This document shows positions 25,808-35,875 of a stretch of 64,000 bases of DNA, one piece after another (within the stretch, counting starts at the first letter, position 1; each line of letters begins with the position of its first letter). Origin of the DNA: a virus; IMG/VR virus record IMGVR_UViG_3300037418_000264, positions 4,297 through 68,296 of that record; one strand, given 5' to 3'. Made by a program: the position numbers and the translations under genes. The notes under the pieces are model-generated. The model ran no database searches, was not told where the DNA came from, and worked only from the letters and a program-made list of their open reading frames with translations.

Positions 25808-26065
25808 TTGAAGATTGATATCTATGGAAAAGAGAACTGTGTCTGGTGCACTAGGGCGAAAGACGAGTGCTTCAAATTCAGTCGATTATATGACTACTAT
25901 GATGTATATAAGGACCTAGATACGGATAAATACAAAGAACTCTTCGAGACTATAGCACCTTACGCCAAGACATTTCCGATTGTCGTCGTTGACGATAACT
26001 ATATCGGTGGATATACGGAGCTTAAACAACTATTGAATGAACTTTATTTAGAGGAACGAGAATGA
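25808..26065 (+). CDS. glutaredoxin
   Basis: IYGKENCVWC, TFPIV and IGGYTEL motifs. Confidence 0.9.
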   Translation: MKIDIYGKENCVWCTRAKDECFKFSRLYDYYDVYKDLDTDKYKELFETIAPYAKTFPIVVVDDNYIGGYTELKQLLNELYLEERE

Positions 26066-26817
26066 ATATTAAGTCCATCCTACTTGCAGCTATTCTGGCC
26101 CTGTCGCCGGTTCTTTCGTACGCAGACCCTCTGGTTGATCAGGTCTTCACACCTTCGGTCCATATCACGATTGGTACGGCCAACTCACCAGACGGCTTTT
26201 GCTCGGGTGAGATTATCAAGTCAGACCGTGATGCCAAGAGTGGTAAGGTTTCTACATACGTCCTGACGGCCAAGCATTGTGTCAAGGACAACGAGAAGGC
26301 TGACTTCACGGTTACGAAGAAACTCTATGACAAGAACAACAAAGAGATTGGTTCAAAGACCTATCTGGCTGACTCGTTCGGTACTTCTTATAAGTCTGAC
26401 CTAGCTCTCCTTAAGCTTCGCGATCAGGACACGTATTTTGATACAGTGGCGACTGTGGCCAAGAAGGACACTACTTTGACGTTTGGTCAGACTGTCGAGC
26501 TTATCGGCTATCCTCTAGGCCGGAGTATGACTTGGACTGAGGGCAAGCTTGGTTATATCGAGAAGGTTGATCAGTTCTCTGATGTATCTCAGAGTACGTA
26601 CTTCCAGCGAGCCACCCCTGAAATGGCCCCGGGCTCTAGTGGTTCCAGTATGTTTGTCTACAACGACACGGACAAGAAGTACGAAGTCATTGGTGTGCTG
26701 ACGGGTGGTCCTAAGAATTGGTCATGGATGGGCTTCTACACCCCGATTGACGAAATCAATGACTACCTCGATACGGCTCTTAAGACTGACACTCCTGCCA
26801 AGACTGGTCACGAGTAA
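26062..26817 (+). CDS. exported trypsin-like serine protease
   Basis: Signal peptide (ends SYA); triad motifs LTAKHC, DLALL and PGSSGS. Confidence 0.88.
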   Translation: MNIKSILLAAILALSPVLSYADPLVDQVFTPSVHITIGTANSPDGFCSGEIIKSDRDAKSGKVSTYVLTAKHCVKDNEKADFTVTKKLYDKNNKEIGSKTYLADSFGTSYKSDLALLKLRDQDTYFDTVATVAKKDTTLTFGQTVELIGYPLGRSMTWTEGKLGYIEKVDQFSDVSQSTYFQRATPEMAPGSSGSSMFVYNDTDKKYEVIGVLTGGPKNWSWMGFYTPIDEINDYLDTALKTDTPAKTGHE

Positions 26818-26898
26818 TGTTGCCTTTCTATATTCTATTCGGTGTGGCCGGAGCGGTAGTTCTTACTGTTGCGGCCAACTGGATTATCGACTGGATTG

Positions 26899-27165
26899 AT
26901 GGAGCATTTTTTGACGAGTAAGAGAGACTATAGGAAAGAGTATGATAATTACCAAGGGACCCCACAGCAAATCGCTCGCCGAGCTGAACGCAATAAAGCA
27001 AGACGAGAGCTCGGACTCAAAAAAGGTGATCCCAGAGAAGCAGCTCATCAAAATGCACCAAGAACTGGAAGCCTCAAAGGCGTTAAAGTCAAGGCGGAGT
27101 CGTTTGAGAAAAATCGAACAAGCCAACCAAAACGCCACGGCAAAAATCAACGATCAGGAGTCTAA
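26899..27165 (+). CDS. basic protein resembling a degenerate phage HNH-type protein
   Basis: RDYRKEY...RRAERNKARR...KKGD pattern without a clear DH...N set. Confidence 0.5.
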   Translation: MEHFLTSKRDYRKEYDNYQGTPQQIARRAERNKARRELGLKKGDPREAAHQNAPRTGSLKGVKVKAESFEKNRTSQPKRHGKNQRSGV

Positions 27166-27461
27166 TGACTAATACCAAAGTTAAAACACCTAAGTTTATC
27201 TCGGCAGCAAACGACAAGAAGACTGAAACGAGTATCTTTGCAGATGCCAATAAAATCCTAGACGACGCAAAGGATAAGTTCCCTGTCGTTATGGTCATTG
27301 GCCTGACGAAGGAAAACCTCCTAGACGTCACGACGAACATCCCTCAGTACCCCACCCTTCAGTGGCTATTGAACCGTGCTTCGTTTGAACTCCTACTGCA
27401 TGAAAAGCAGACAGCCCAAACTGCAAGCCAGAAAGAAGAAAATGGAAGTCAAGCTAATTGA
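27165..27461 (+). CDS. hypothetical protein
   Basis: AGGAG SD; TAATG overlap. Confidence 0.65.
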   Translation: MTNTKVKTPKFISAANDKKTETSIFADANKILDDAKDKFPVVMVIGLTKENLLDVTTNIPQYPTLQWLLNRASFELLLHEKQTAQTASQKEENGSQAN

Positions 27462-28155
27462 TTTTATGGGAGGGGACGTGCGGACGGCTAATGCCGCACG
27501 TGTCTCTTTCAAGAAAGTTGTACCCGATGATATCCTTCGAGGCGAAGATCAAAAATTAATTGTTTATCTGTCAAAGCATGGACACTGGACACCATTCGGT
27601 CATTCAGTAATTACTCTTTGGCAAAAAATGCCAATCTTTGTCGCAAGACAATTTGCTAAACATACAGTCGGCTTCGTCACAAATGAAGTTTCAAGACGGT
27701 ACGTTGATGATCAACCAGAGTTCTTTATCCCAGATGTCTGGCGTGGTCGTCCTGAAGGATCAGTAAAACAGGGATCGTCGGACGAAGTAATCATCGAATT
27801 CACAGAAGGCTTATGTAAAGGCGATATCACTGATACCGTTGATGGACTATACCAACATGCTTTTTGTGTGTATCAATCAATGTTAGATAGTGGAGTAGCC
27901 CCTGAGCAAGCTCGGATGGTTCTTCCTCAGAGTATGTACACAGAGATGTACACAACAGGATCATTAGCTGCGTGGGCTCGTGCTTATCGTCTTCGGTCTG
28001 ACCTACATGCTCAGAAAGAAATTAGAGACCTGGCCCAGATGTGGCAGGATACTATTGGGAGTATTAAAGAATTAGAACACTCATGGGCCGCATTGACTAC
28101 AGACTATACCACCCCGATTATTACTAAAGAAAAGAGGACAGATGACTTTACCTAA
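27442..28155 (+). CDS. thyX: flavin-dependent thymidylate synthase
   Basis: NAARVSF, HWTPFGH, PIFVARQ..KH, NEVSRRY, PEQARMVLPQS and HAQKEI motifs. Confidence 0.93.
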   Translation: MEVKLIDFMGGDVRTANAARVSFKKVVPDDILRGEDQKLIVYLSKHGHWTPFGHSVITLWQKMPIFVARQFAKHTVGFVTNEVSRRYVDDQPEFFIPDVWRGRPEGSVKQGSSDEVIIEFTEGLCKGDITDTVDGLYQHAFCVYQSMLDSGVAPEQARMVLPQSMYTEMYTTGSLAAWARAYRLRSDLHAQKEIRDLAQMWQDTIGSIKELEHSWAALTTDYTTPIITKEKRTDDFT

Positions 28156-28429
28156 TATGGACGAGAAGCTCATCTGGTTCAAACTGGCCACCAAATTGGC
28201 TGATATTGGTATCCCACCACAAACGCTGTCAGTAAAAACTAGTCAAGATGAACACACTATTGCTGTGACTTACGGTGGTTACTATATTAAATATTATCTA
28301 GAACCAGAAAGTGTTAGTGACAGTTGGGTGGACTTAGCTATAGATAGGGCATTCTTCTACATTAAAGACAAAGTCTACCCAGACATCATCAATTATCGAT
28401 TGTACATAAAAGAGTATATGGATCAATGA
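28142..28429 (+). CDS. hypothetical protein
   Basis: GAGGA SD; overlaps the thyX end. Confidence 0.6.
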   Translation: MTLPNMDEKLIWFKLATKLADIGIPPQTLSVKTSQDEHTIAVTYGGYYIKYYLEPESVSDSWVDLAIDRAFFYIKDKVYPDIINYRLYIKEYMDQ

Positions 28430-28629
28430 ACATTCATACATTTAAAGATGAGTATACTAGTTTGTCGAACGACCGTAAGGTACGTGGTCTACGGGCGTTG
28501 ACCAACGCTTTGACAGATGACATTGTAGAAGGAACACACTACCTTGAAAATCTCGTATTTGACATTCTCGATCTTGCCGAACTGGCAGAGGAAAACGATT
28601 ATTTTGGAACAGAAGGGTTGAACGTCTGA
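28426..28629 (+). CDS. small acidic hypothetical protein
   Basis: ATGA overlap; ends DYFGTEGLNV. Confidence 0.6.
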   Translation: MNIHTFKDEYTSLSNDRKVRGLRALTNALTDDIVEGTHYLENLVFDILDLAELAEENDYFGTEGLNV

Positions 28630-28697
28630 TGAGTTTCTTTGGTTTTCTTGCAGTCATGCTTATTTGTTTTACACTAATAGAAATTTTTGGTGAATAA

Positions 28698-29183
28698 TTG
28701 GCGCAATTGACTAATCCATTTCCATCATTCTATGTATACTCTCATTTTGATCCAGACACAGAAGAAATTCTTTACGTAGGAATGGGAAAAGGACAACGAG
28801 CGTACACTATGAAAACTGTTCGTGGTCCTACTGAAGCTCACTACGTTCACAGGAGTCCTGAACATGCAGACCACTTAGAGATACTGTACGAAAAGGGCTT
28901 TCTTCCCCACGAATGGATTAAGTTTTGGGCGAGAGGTCTGGATAAAAAGGCCGCTCTAAAACTAGAGCGTAATCTTATAGATGATTTGAAGCCTAAGTAC
29001 AATAGGCCCCACGGTACTAAAACTCTTAAGTTTAATTTAGAGGAAGTTAAAAAGATTAAAGAATTACGGGAAGATGGTTTATTTTATAGTCACATAGCAG
29101 ACGAAATGGGTTGTTCTGTTATGGTAGCCCACCGTATCGTTAATGATTTAAGCCCACGGTACAAGGAGCTACTAAATGCCTGA
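28698..29183 (+). CDS. GIY-YIG-like putative homing endonuclease with C-terminal HTH
   Basis: FYVY...YVGMG..R, a LE...I...P.YN motif and a C-terminal helix-turn-helix-like segment. Confidence 0.65.
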   Translation: MAQLTNPFPSFYVYSHFDPDTEEILYVGMGKGQRAYTMKTVRGPTEAHYVHRSPEHADHLEILYEKGFLPHEWIKFWARGLDKKAALKLERNLIDDLKPKYNRPHGTKTLKFNLEEVKKIKELREDGLFYSHIADEMGCSVMVAHRIVNDLSPRYKELLNA

Positions 29184-31098
29184 TATTTCTTATCACCCTT
29201 TTCCCGATATGTACTCTTCTTTTATCTATAAGTCCCGGTACTCCCGCTGGTTAGACGAAGAGAACCGACGAGAGAATTGGGACGAAACTGTCAATCGATA
29301 TCTAGACTTTATTGAAGAACGTACCGTAGAGAAGTCCTATAAAGTAACGAAAGAATTACGCAAGGAACTCTTCGACGCCATCTATAATCTAGAAGTCCTA
29401 CCTAGTATGCGGACAGTAATGACCGCAGGAAAGGCAGCGGAACGTGACAACACTTGCACGTATAATTGCTCGTATCTACCGATTGATGACATCAAGTCTT
29501 TTGACGAAGCGATGTTCATCAGCCTATGCGGGACAGGGGTTGGATTTTCAGTCGAGCGACAGTATATATCCAAGTTGCCTGAAATCCCAGACCGACTTTT
29601 CGACTCTGCTACGACAGTTGTGGTTAAAGACAGCAAGGAAGGCTGGGCTAAATCCCTCCGACAACTTATATCACTTTTGTATTCAGGTGAGATACCCAAA
29701 TGGGATGTCACGAGGGTTCGCCCTGCGGGCTCTCGACTTCGAACGTTTGGAGGACGTGCGAGCGGTCCGGGTCCTTTGGAGGACCTTTTCCGGTTTACCA
29801 TATCTAAATTTAAAGGTGCAACTGGTAGACGACTCAACTCGTTGGAGTGTCATGACATCCTGTGTAAAATTGGAGAAGTCGTCGTTGTCGGAGGGGTTCG
29901 CCGTTCTGCAATGATTTCGCTCAGCAACTTGAGCGATGATAGGATGCGAAAGGCCAAGACCGGAAGTTGGTGGACGACAGAACCCCAAAGGGCATTGGCA
30001 AACAACTCGGTCTCCTATACAGAGAAACCGGAGGTCTCTTCATTTTTACAGGAATGGTTATCACTATATGAGTCCAAGTCAGGTGAACGAGGTATCTTCA
30101 ATCGCAGAGCCGCCCAAAGGCAGGCAGCCAATAACGGACGAAGAGATAGCGAAAGAGACTTTGGAACTAATCCTTGCTCTGAAATTATCCTTCGACCATA
30201 TCAGTTCTGCAACCTCGCCGAAGTCGTTGTCCGATCATGGGACACGCAGGAGACTCTTGCTCGTAAGGTACGACTTGCAACAATTCTTGGAACTTTCCAA
30301 AGTACTCTTACCTACTTCCCGTACCTAAGAAAAATCTGGACACAGAACACAGAAGAAGAACGCCTGTTAGGTGTTTCACTGACGGGTCAACTGGATAACA
30401 GAACTTTCTTCGAGAAGAAGATTGATCTAGACAAACTGAAGGAACACGCAATTGCGGTTAATGCTGAGTATGCTGGTCTTTTGGGTATTAACCCCTCTAC
30501 TGCAATTACTTGTGTCAAACCTTCTGGCACCGTATCTCAATTGGTGGACAGCGCCTCTGGTCTTCACCCTAGGTATTCTGATTATTACATCAGGACTGTG
30601 CGTGGCGATATCAAAGACCCGATGACTGCTTTCCTGAAGTCTACGGGTGTTCCATGGGAGCCTGAAAGGGCTCATCCTGAGGATGTCGTAGTCTTCTCAT
30701 TCCCGATGAAGTCACCTGAAGGTTCAGTAATTCGTGGTGAACAAACGGCAATCGATCAGTTAGAATACTGGAAGTACATACAGAGTGAGTGGTGTGAACA
30801 CAAACCTTCAGCCACGATTTATGTAAAAGAAAGTGAATGGCCGGAAGTCGCTGGTTGGGTCTATAAGAACTTCGATTTGATCTCTGGACTTTCATTCTTA
30901 CCCTTCGAAGACCACGTATATGAACAGGCACCTTACCAACCTTGTACCAAAGAACAGTATGAGGAAGCCAAATCCAAGATGCCTACAGAAATTGATTGGA
31001 GTAAGCTGTCAGAGTATGAATTAGTAGATAGTACGGTCGGTATGCAGACGCTTGCATGTTCTTCTGATGGTTGCGAAATTGTGGATATAACAAGGTAA
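29176..31098 (+). CDS. nrdJ: class II (adenosylcobalamin-dependent) ribonucleotide reductase
   Basis: YNCSY, GTGVGFS, VGGVRRSA, TNPCSEI..QFCNL, TCVKPSGT and a C-terminal CSSDGC; no small-subunit gene nearby. Confidence 0.93.
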   Translation: MPDISYHPFPDMYSSFIYKSRYSRWLDEENRRENWDETVNRYLDFIEERTVEKSYKVTKELRKELFDAIYNLEVLPSMRTVMTAGKAAERDNTCTYNCSYLPIDDIKSFDEAMFISLCGTGVGFSVERQYISKLPEIPDRLFDSATTVVVKDSKEGWAKSLRQLISLLYSGEIPKWDVTRVRPAGSRLRTFGGRASGPGPLEDLFRFTISKFKGATGRRLNSLECHDILCKIGEVVVVGGVRRSAMISLSNLSDDRMRKAKTGSWWTTEPQRALANNSVSYTEKPEVSSFLQEWLSLYESKSGERGIFNRRAAQRQAANNGRRDSERDFGTNPCSEIILRPYQFCNLAEVVVRSWDTQETLARKVRLATILGTFQSTLTYFPYLRKIWTQNTEEERLLGVSLTGQLDNRTFFEKKIDLDKLKEHAIAVNAEYAGLLGINPSTAITCVKPSGTVSQLVDSASGLHPRYSDYYIRTVRGDIKDPMTAFLKSTGVPWEPERAHPEDVVVFSFPMKSPEGSVIRGEQTAIDQLEYWKYIQSEWCEHKPSATIYVKESEWPEVAGWVYKNFDLISGLSFLPFEDHVYEQAPYQPCTKEQYEEAKSKMPTEIDWSKLSEYELVDSTVGMQTLACSSDGCEIVDITR

Positions 31099-31104
31099 AA
31101 AAGA

Positions 31105-31296
31105 ATGAAAGATATCACACTCGAAGTCTTCTCCGATCTTGATGACGCACTACTTTGGATGGAAAATGAACTCTTCGCACATGAATTGACACACCCAGAT
31201 ATCAAAGCAGAAATCTCTCTAATCGACGGTAAATGGAGAGTGGGTATCATTCTAAATGACCGTCAATATGAATTCAAATTTAAAGAAAGTGTATAA
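31105..31296 (+). CDS. hypothetical protein
   Basis: Tightly packed ORF. Confidence 0.6.
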   Translation: MKDITLEVFSDLDDALLWMENELFAHELTHPDIKAEISLIDGKWRVGIILNDRQYEFKFKESV

Positions 31297-31532
31297 TGGC
31301 TCCTAAGTACACAATGGAACCTAGAATAAAAGACACCGTGCCGGAAGGCTTGAAGGTGCATAAGAAGTGGGAATACACACAGGAGAATGTTGGTGGTTCA
31401 CCTAACGTCCTTAACCAGTTTGGTGAGCAGGGTTGGGAAGTCGTCAACATCGAACGTGGTTGGGTCCTCTTTAAACGCGAAAAACTAGACGTCCAAGAAC
31501 AAAAAGAAGAAGTAAATGACGGAAACACCTGA
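31296..31532 (+). CDS. hypothetical protein (DUF4177-like motif)
   Basis: KWEY...LNQFGEQGWEVV...FKRE pattern. Confidence 0.6.
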   Translation: MAPKYTMEPRIKDTVPEGLKVHKKWEYTQENVGGSPNVLNQFGEQGWEVVNIERGWVLFKREKLDVQEQKEEVNDGNT

Positions 31533-31851
31533 AACTGAACAACCAAAAGATATGAAGTATGACGCTGGAAAGCCTCTGGCCCACATTATCTTTGAAGACT
31601 TCCCCTTGGCTCTTAAAGAGGTTGTCAAAGTCGCTACGTTCGGTGCCAAGAAATATTCTCGATCTTCATGGAAGACCGTACCTAACGCCGTTGTGCGGTA
31701 TGCAGATGCTAAGGCACGACACTTCCTCGACGCAGCAGCAGGAATTGAACTCGATGAAGAGTCCAAGCTAGACCACCTTGCCCATGAGGCTTGGAATGCT
31801 CTAGCCACTCTTCAACTGAGACTAGAAGAGAAGGTTAAAACCAAACTATGA
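31516..31851 (+). CDS. dATP/dGTP diphosphohydrolase domain protein (DUF5664-like)
   Basis: KYDAGKP, V.TFGAKKY...W, Y.DA..RH and D.ES.L.HLAH.AWN motifs. Confidence 0.82.
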   Translation: MTETPETEQPKDMKYDAGKPLAHIIFEDFPLALKEVVKVATFGAKKYSRSSWKTVPNAVVRYADAKARHFLDAAAGIELDEESKLDHLAHEAWNALATLQLRLEEKVKTKL

Positions 31852-32120
31852 TCATAGCCCTCGATTGGGATAATACTTTTACCCGGGATCAAGACGGTTG
31901 GCAAGACTTTATTCTAGGCATGAAAGCACGAGGACATAAAATCTGGATCGTAACTGCTCGTGGGGAGGATACACCAATCGAGATGACTCCTGAGGGATTG
32001 TCTGGTATCGTCTATTGTAATTACCGAGCAAAGATGAGAGTGACAGAACTAATGGGTCTGAAGATAGATGTATGGATTGATGATGATCCTGAAATGATTA
32101 TAGATGGATTTGTAGTATGA
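31848..32120 (+). CDS. HAD-superfamily small phosphatase-like protein
   Basis: IALDWDNT, IVTAR, K and IDVWIDDDP motifs. Confidence 0.78.
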   Translation: MIIALDWDNTFTRDQDGWQDFILGMKARGHKIWIVTARGEDTPIEMTPEGLSGIVYCNYRAKMRVTELMGLKIDVWIDDDPEMIIDGFVV

Positions 32121-32455
32121 ATATCGCCCTCGACTACGACAAGACGTATAATTTAGACAAACCCTTTTGGAATAGCTTTATTAGTGATACTCTATTTAAA
32201 GGATATAAGGTTTACCTTGTAACGGCTCGTTCCAAAGAACTGGATGCTTTAACAGCAGATCAGTGGGGTTGGCCTGAGTCAGCAGTACCAATTATTTATT
32301 GCAATGGTGTGGCAAAGCGGTGGTGCCTTCAGATGCATCATGGGATCAATATCGACATTTGGATCGACGACCGTCCCGATAATATTTTGAATAACTCCAA
32401 TGCTACTCCGGAGTTTCTAGTCGAGTGGCGCAATTCAGAAGAGTATAGTAGGTGA
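32117..32455 (+). CDS. HAD-superfamily small phosphatase-like protein (paralogue)
   Basis: IALDYDKT, LVTAR, AK and IDIWIDDRP motifs. Confidence 0.78.
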   Translation: MNIALDYDKTYNLDKPFWNSFISDTLFKGYKVYLVTARSKELDALTADQWGWPESAVPIIYCNGVAKRWCLQMHHGINIDIWIDDRPDNILNNSNATPEFLVEWRNSEEYSR

Positions 32456-32541
32456 CTATGACTACCCTCCTTGTTTTAGTACTTATTGCTGCCCTTGTAG
32501 CAATGCTTTTTACAACAGATGAGTTCTAAAATTTAGGCAAT

Positions 32542-32584
32542 AAAAAACCCCCTTGGAATTAATTTTCCTTGGGGGTTTTCTTTT
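32542..32584. terminator. bidirectional rho-independent terminator between the two gene arms
   Basis: AAAAAACCCCC-TT-GGAA...TTCC-TT-GGGGGTTTTCTTTT, with A/T tracts on both sides, at the point where the arms converge. Confidence 0.88.
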
Positions 32585-35500
32585 AGTTTCTATTATTCTT
32601 TTTATCAGACTGCATCATGTCTTGAGTCTGTTGGTCTTCGTTGTACTTTTTTACCTGTGATTGCCACTGGTCGAAAGATGTACTGTTGGAGAGTCTTGTT
32701 CGGACCGCCCAATTGAACACCATTCTAGATGTCTTAGGGTCACCAAGACCTGAGATACGAACGTTCTTAAGCATTCGCTGTGCTTCCTCTGGGTCAGACC
32801 AGAAAGCCTCATTGATTTTCTCAGCTGCTCGTTCAGGTTGTAGATGTTCTACGAGAGCACCAGTCACACCACCAATCTGTGTTCCCAGATGGCTCAAAGG
32901 ACCGAGAATAAAACCGGTAATCCGGTTCTGTGCACTCTTGACTTCTTTATACGAGACACCCGGTTGAGCGCCCTTAGCTGCCTGTGCAGATCGTCCTAGT
33001 TGGGATTGGATCGCCGGATCAGCCAAGTTCTTTACAGCTTCTAGGAGGTCTGGTTTGTCAGCTAGAACCTTATCAGCCACAGACATCAGATGTTGATTGT
33101 TCTGTACAGCCTGTGCAGTATTGATGACATTCTTACCTGTATTTGCGTCAGGTGTGCCCTTAAACAACGTGTCTTGGAGTGTCTTACCGAATGCCGCCTG
33201 CATACCTTCTTTGGCTACAGGATCATTACTGGCATTGACACGAGATATGACGTCATTCAATTTGGTGGCATTCTCTGGTTGTGAGAAGAGGTCACTAAAC
33301 GCCTTATATCCGTCGACCTTGGTCTTACCATCTCCAGTAAAGAAGTTACTCAGTCGGTCACCGTAGACTCTCTGTTGGATATCAGAGACGGACTCGTCGT
33401 TGGCCTTAATGTCTTGGACGAACTTATCATAAGACTTTCTATTACTTAGGATATCATTCTGAAGCTTATCAAGTTGATTGGCCTGATCGGTCATACCCTT
33501 GGCCTTGAACATCTGACGATAGTCATCGATCTTACTGAGAACGACATCTGGCTTGATGTCTTTTAGATCACCAGTCCTAGTCTGTGCTCTCATTGTGTCA
33601 CCAAGGTCTGCCTTGAAGACATCGATTGCATCACCCTGTGAAGAGCCAAATTCAGGTTTACTGAGTTGATCGATCAAATGAGACACCTTGTTCGGTTGAT
33701 CCGACTTCAGAGTACTCTCGATCATCTGGTAAGTGTTATCAGCCCTAGTAGGCTCGTCAAAACGATTGACGTAGTTATTAGTCCTGACATCACCGACGAC
33801 ACCAGACTCGACAGGGGACTGTACCGTCTTATAGTAGTCAGCAGCCTTTTGGATTGCTGCGGCACCTTCAGGATTGGTCTTTGCTAGCTCTTCAACCTGT
33901 GTATTTACTAGGTTGTCACGTAGGGCAGAGAGCTTGCCAAAGGCATCGCCATTAGTACCCTTGGCTGCGTTGATTGCCAGTCCGAGAGGTTGGCGTAGTT
34001 GCTGTAGTTTAGTCAGATCACCTTCTATGAGTTCACCACTCTCAGGGTCAACCTTGACGGCATCCTGTAGTATCTTGACTGCATTTGGTGGTAGATACTG
34101 ACGTGCACCAACGAGAGCTTCTTCAAACGACTGTGGATCACCTAGAGGTAGACCTTCTGGAATACTCTTCCACTGAGCCTTTCCTGCTTCATCTGTCGCT
34201 TTAATACCCTTTTGAAGGTTCTGATCGATCCTAGAAAGAGCAGCATTCTTGTCGTTATACATCGCAGAACCGGGTTCAGCACCCTTAGTAGTCAGGTCAC
34301 CTGTAGCCTTACCATTCATAATATTGGGGTAGGCTTCATTCAGTTGATTGGCCTGACCCTCTAGTTCATGACCCTTTGCGATCTGTGAACCAACTTCCTG
34401 TTGCCCCGATGTCTGTACTGCATTCGTCGCAGCTTGGACACCTTTCGGACCACCCAGAGCTTCATGCGTCTGGGTCAACACATTATTCAGGGCATCCTGT
34501 GGGGCTTCAGAAGCCACCCTCGTAGCATCACCGCCTGCTGCATTGCTCATCGCTTGCGCGCGTTTTGTCATTGAGAGGACATCAGGATTGTCTAACTGAC
34601 CAGTCTTTGCAGCGTATCTAGACAAGGCAGAAGCCGTATCGAGTTTGACTGTCTGTGGGCCTTTCCCTAAACCAGCATCGTACGAAATCGTGCTGTTCTC
34701 AGGTTTCATAGCTTCGACACCAAAGCGACGTAGCCTATCCATTTGCTCAGGAGTTCTATCCTTAGCCAGTAGATCATCAAGGATGTTGTCTGTGATCTTC
34801 TGCTCATGTAGACTCTGTGAGAACAGAGAACCGACAGGCATCACAAGACCCTTGGTGACTAGAGACAATGTACCTTTGATTATAGGTGCAGTCAACTTGG
34901 CACCAGTAGCAATAGCCATGTTGTCAAGAGCAGTGTTATACATATTCGCAAAGCGGTTATGTACGTCACTAGAACTGTTCTCATCCATTCCCTTGAGGAA
35001 ACGGTCGTAGGCGACAGGGACTTTGAACTCTGCGTTAGGACCAGTAAAGACGTGTCCACCGTTAGATGTCAGACCGACACCAGCACCACCAGCAATAGTA
35101 GAGGCAGCCCAAGCAGCTGTCTTATTGACGATAGCCGGTAGTTTAGAGGCAAGAGGACTTAGCGCCTCGACCCCTTCGACACCGGCAGAGAGCTTGTTAC
35201 CAAGTGCAATACCGGCTGCGATCTGTGTACCTTGATCACCAATCCGTTGTGCCTCACCACGAGGTTGGAACGATGGAAGAGTGTTATCAACAGCCTTATA
35301 GACCTTATTCTGGGTACTTTCAGGTACGTCGTTTGTACCGTTAAGTAGTTCCATTCCTAAGGCTGTGGCACCTGTACCGATGTTGTGGGCCGTATTGATG
35401 ACACCACCAGCAGCACCTTTACTTAGGTCACTGGCCGTCTGGGACACATCATGTTTGTCTTCCTCGGGCGTACCAGCTAAATAGTTAGTCATTGGGTTGT

Positions 35501-35873
35501 TGTTACCCATCAAATAACCACCGACCTTACCAGCAGCATTTGTCAAACCACTTATAAAGTCGTCATTCTGCCCCGGCTTAGGGACAGGTTGACCATTATA
35601 AATGACGTTACCAGCCTTATCCACTTGGGCATTAGGATGGTTTTTATATGAATTGTATACCGCATCTGCCGTTTGATCGTCCATATTCTGGAACATCGTT
35701 TTGCTAGGAGGCGGTAGATTTGTCATTGCGAGGTTCTGTTGTCCACCCTGAGGGGTATTCGGATCATAGACCGGAATACTCTCCCAAGGGGATTTAGGAG
35801 CAGCAGGAGCCGCCCCTTGCGGGGCAGCCTGAGGGGTATACTGAGGGATATTGTCCCAAACACTTCCTGCCAT
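32583..35873 (-). CDS. large internal virion (ejection) protein, putative
   Basis: 1096 aa, Ala/Gln/Gly-rich and helical; last gene of the structural arm. Confidence 0.65.
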   Translation of the reverse strand: MAGSVWDNIPQYTPQAAPQGAAPAAPKSPWESIPVYDPNTPQGGQQNLAMTNLPPPSKTMFQNMDDQTADAVYNSYKNHPNAQVDKAGNVIYNGQPVPKPGQNDDFISGLTNAAGKVGGYLMGNNNPMTNYLAGTPEEDKHDVSQTASDLSKGAAGGVINTAHNIGTGATALGMELLNGTNDVPESTQNKVYKAVDNTLPSFQPRGEAQRIGDQGTQIAAGIALGNKLSAGVEGVEALSPLASKLPAIVNKTAAWAASTIAGGAGVGLTSNGGHVFTGPNAEFKVPVAYDRFLKGMDENSSSDVHNRFANMYNTALDNMAIATGAKLTAPIIKGTLSLVTKGLVMPVGSLFSQSLHEQKITDNILDDLLAKDRTPEQMDRLRRFGVEAMKPENSTISYDAGLGKGPQTVKLDTASALSRYAAKTGQLDNPDVLSMTKRAQAMSNAAGGDATRVASEAPQDALNNVLTQTHEALGGPKGVQAATNAVQTSGQQEVGSQIAKGHELEGQANQLNEAYPNIMNGKATGDLTTKGAEPGSAMYNDKNAALSRIDQNLQKGIKATDEAGKAQWKSIPEGLPLGDPQSFEEALVGARQYLPPNAVKILQDAVKVDPESGELIEGDLTKLQQLRQPLGLAINAAKGTNGDAFGKLSALRDNLVNTQVEELAKTNPEGAAAIQKAADYYKTVQSPVESGVVGDVRTNNYVNRFDEPTRADNTYQMIESTLKSDQPNKVSHLIDQLSKPEFGSSQGDAIDVFKADLGDTMRAQTRTGDLKDIKPDVVLSKIDDYRQMFKAKGMTDQANQLDKLQNDILSNRKSYDKFVQDIKANDESVSDIQQRVYGDRLSNFFTGDGKTKVDGYKAFSDLFSQPENATKLNDVISRVNASNDPVAKEGMQAAFGKTLQDTLFKGTPDANTGKNVINTAQAVQNNQHLMSVADKVLADKPDLLEAVKNLADPAIQSQLGRSAQAAKGAQPGVSYKEVKSAQNRITGFILGPLSHLGTQIGGVTGALVEHLQPERAAEKINEAFWSDPEEAQRMLKNVRISGLGDPKTSRMVFNWAVRTRLSNSTSFDQWQSQVKKYNEDQQTQDMMQSDKKNNRN

Positions 35874-35875
35874 TT

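Noticed and set aside
26899-27165. Active HNH homing endonuclease
   Set aside because: The N-terminal pattern fits, but the expected DH...N catalytic set is not recognisable.
19808-31098. Introns or inteins in the polymerase, thyX or nrdJ
   Set aside because: The ORFs are continuous, of ordinary length, and show no intein splice motifs.
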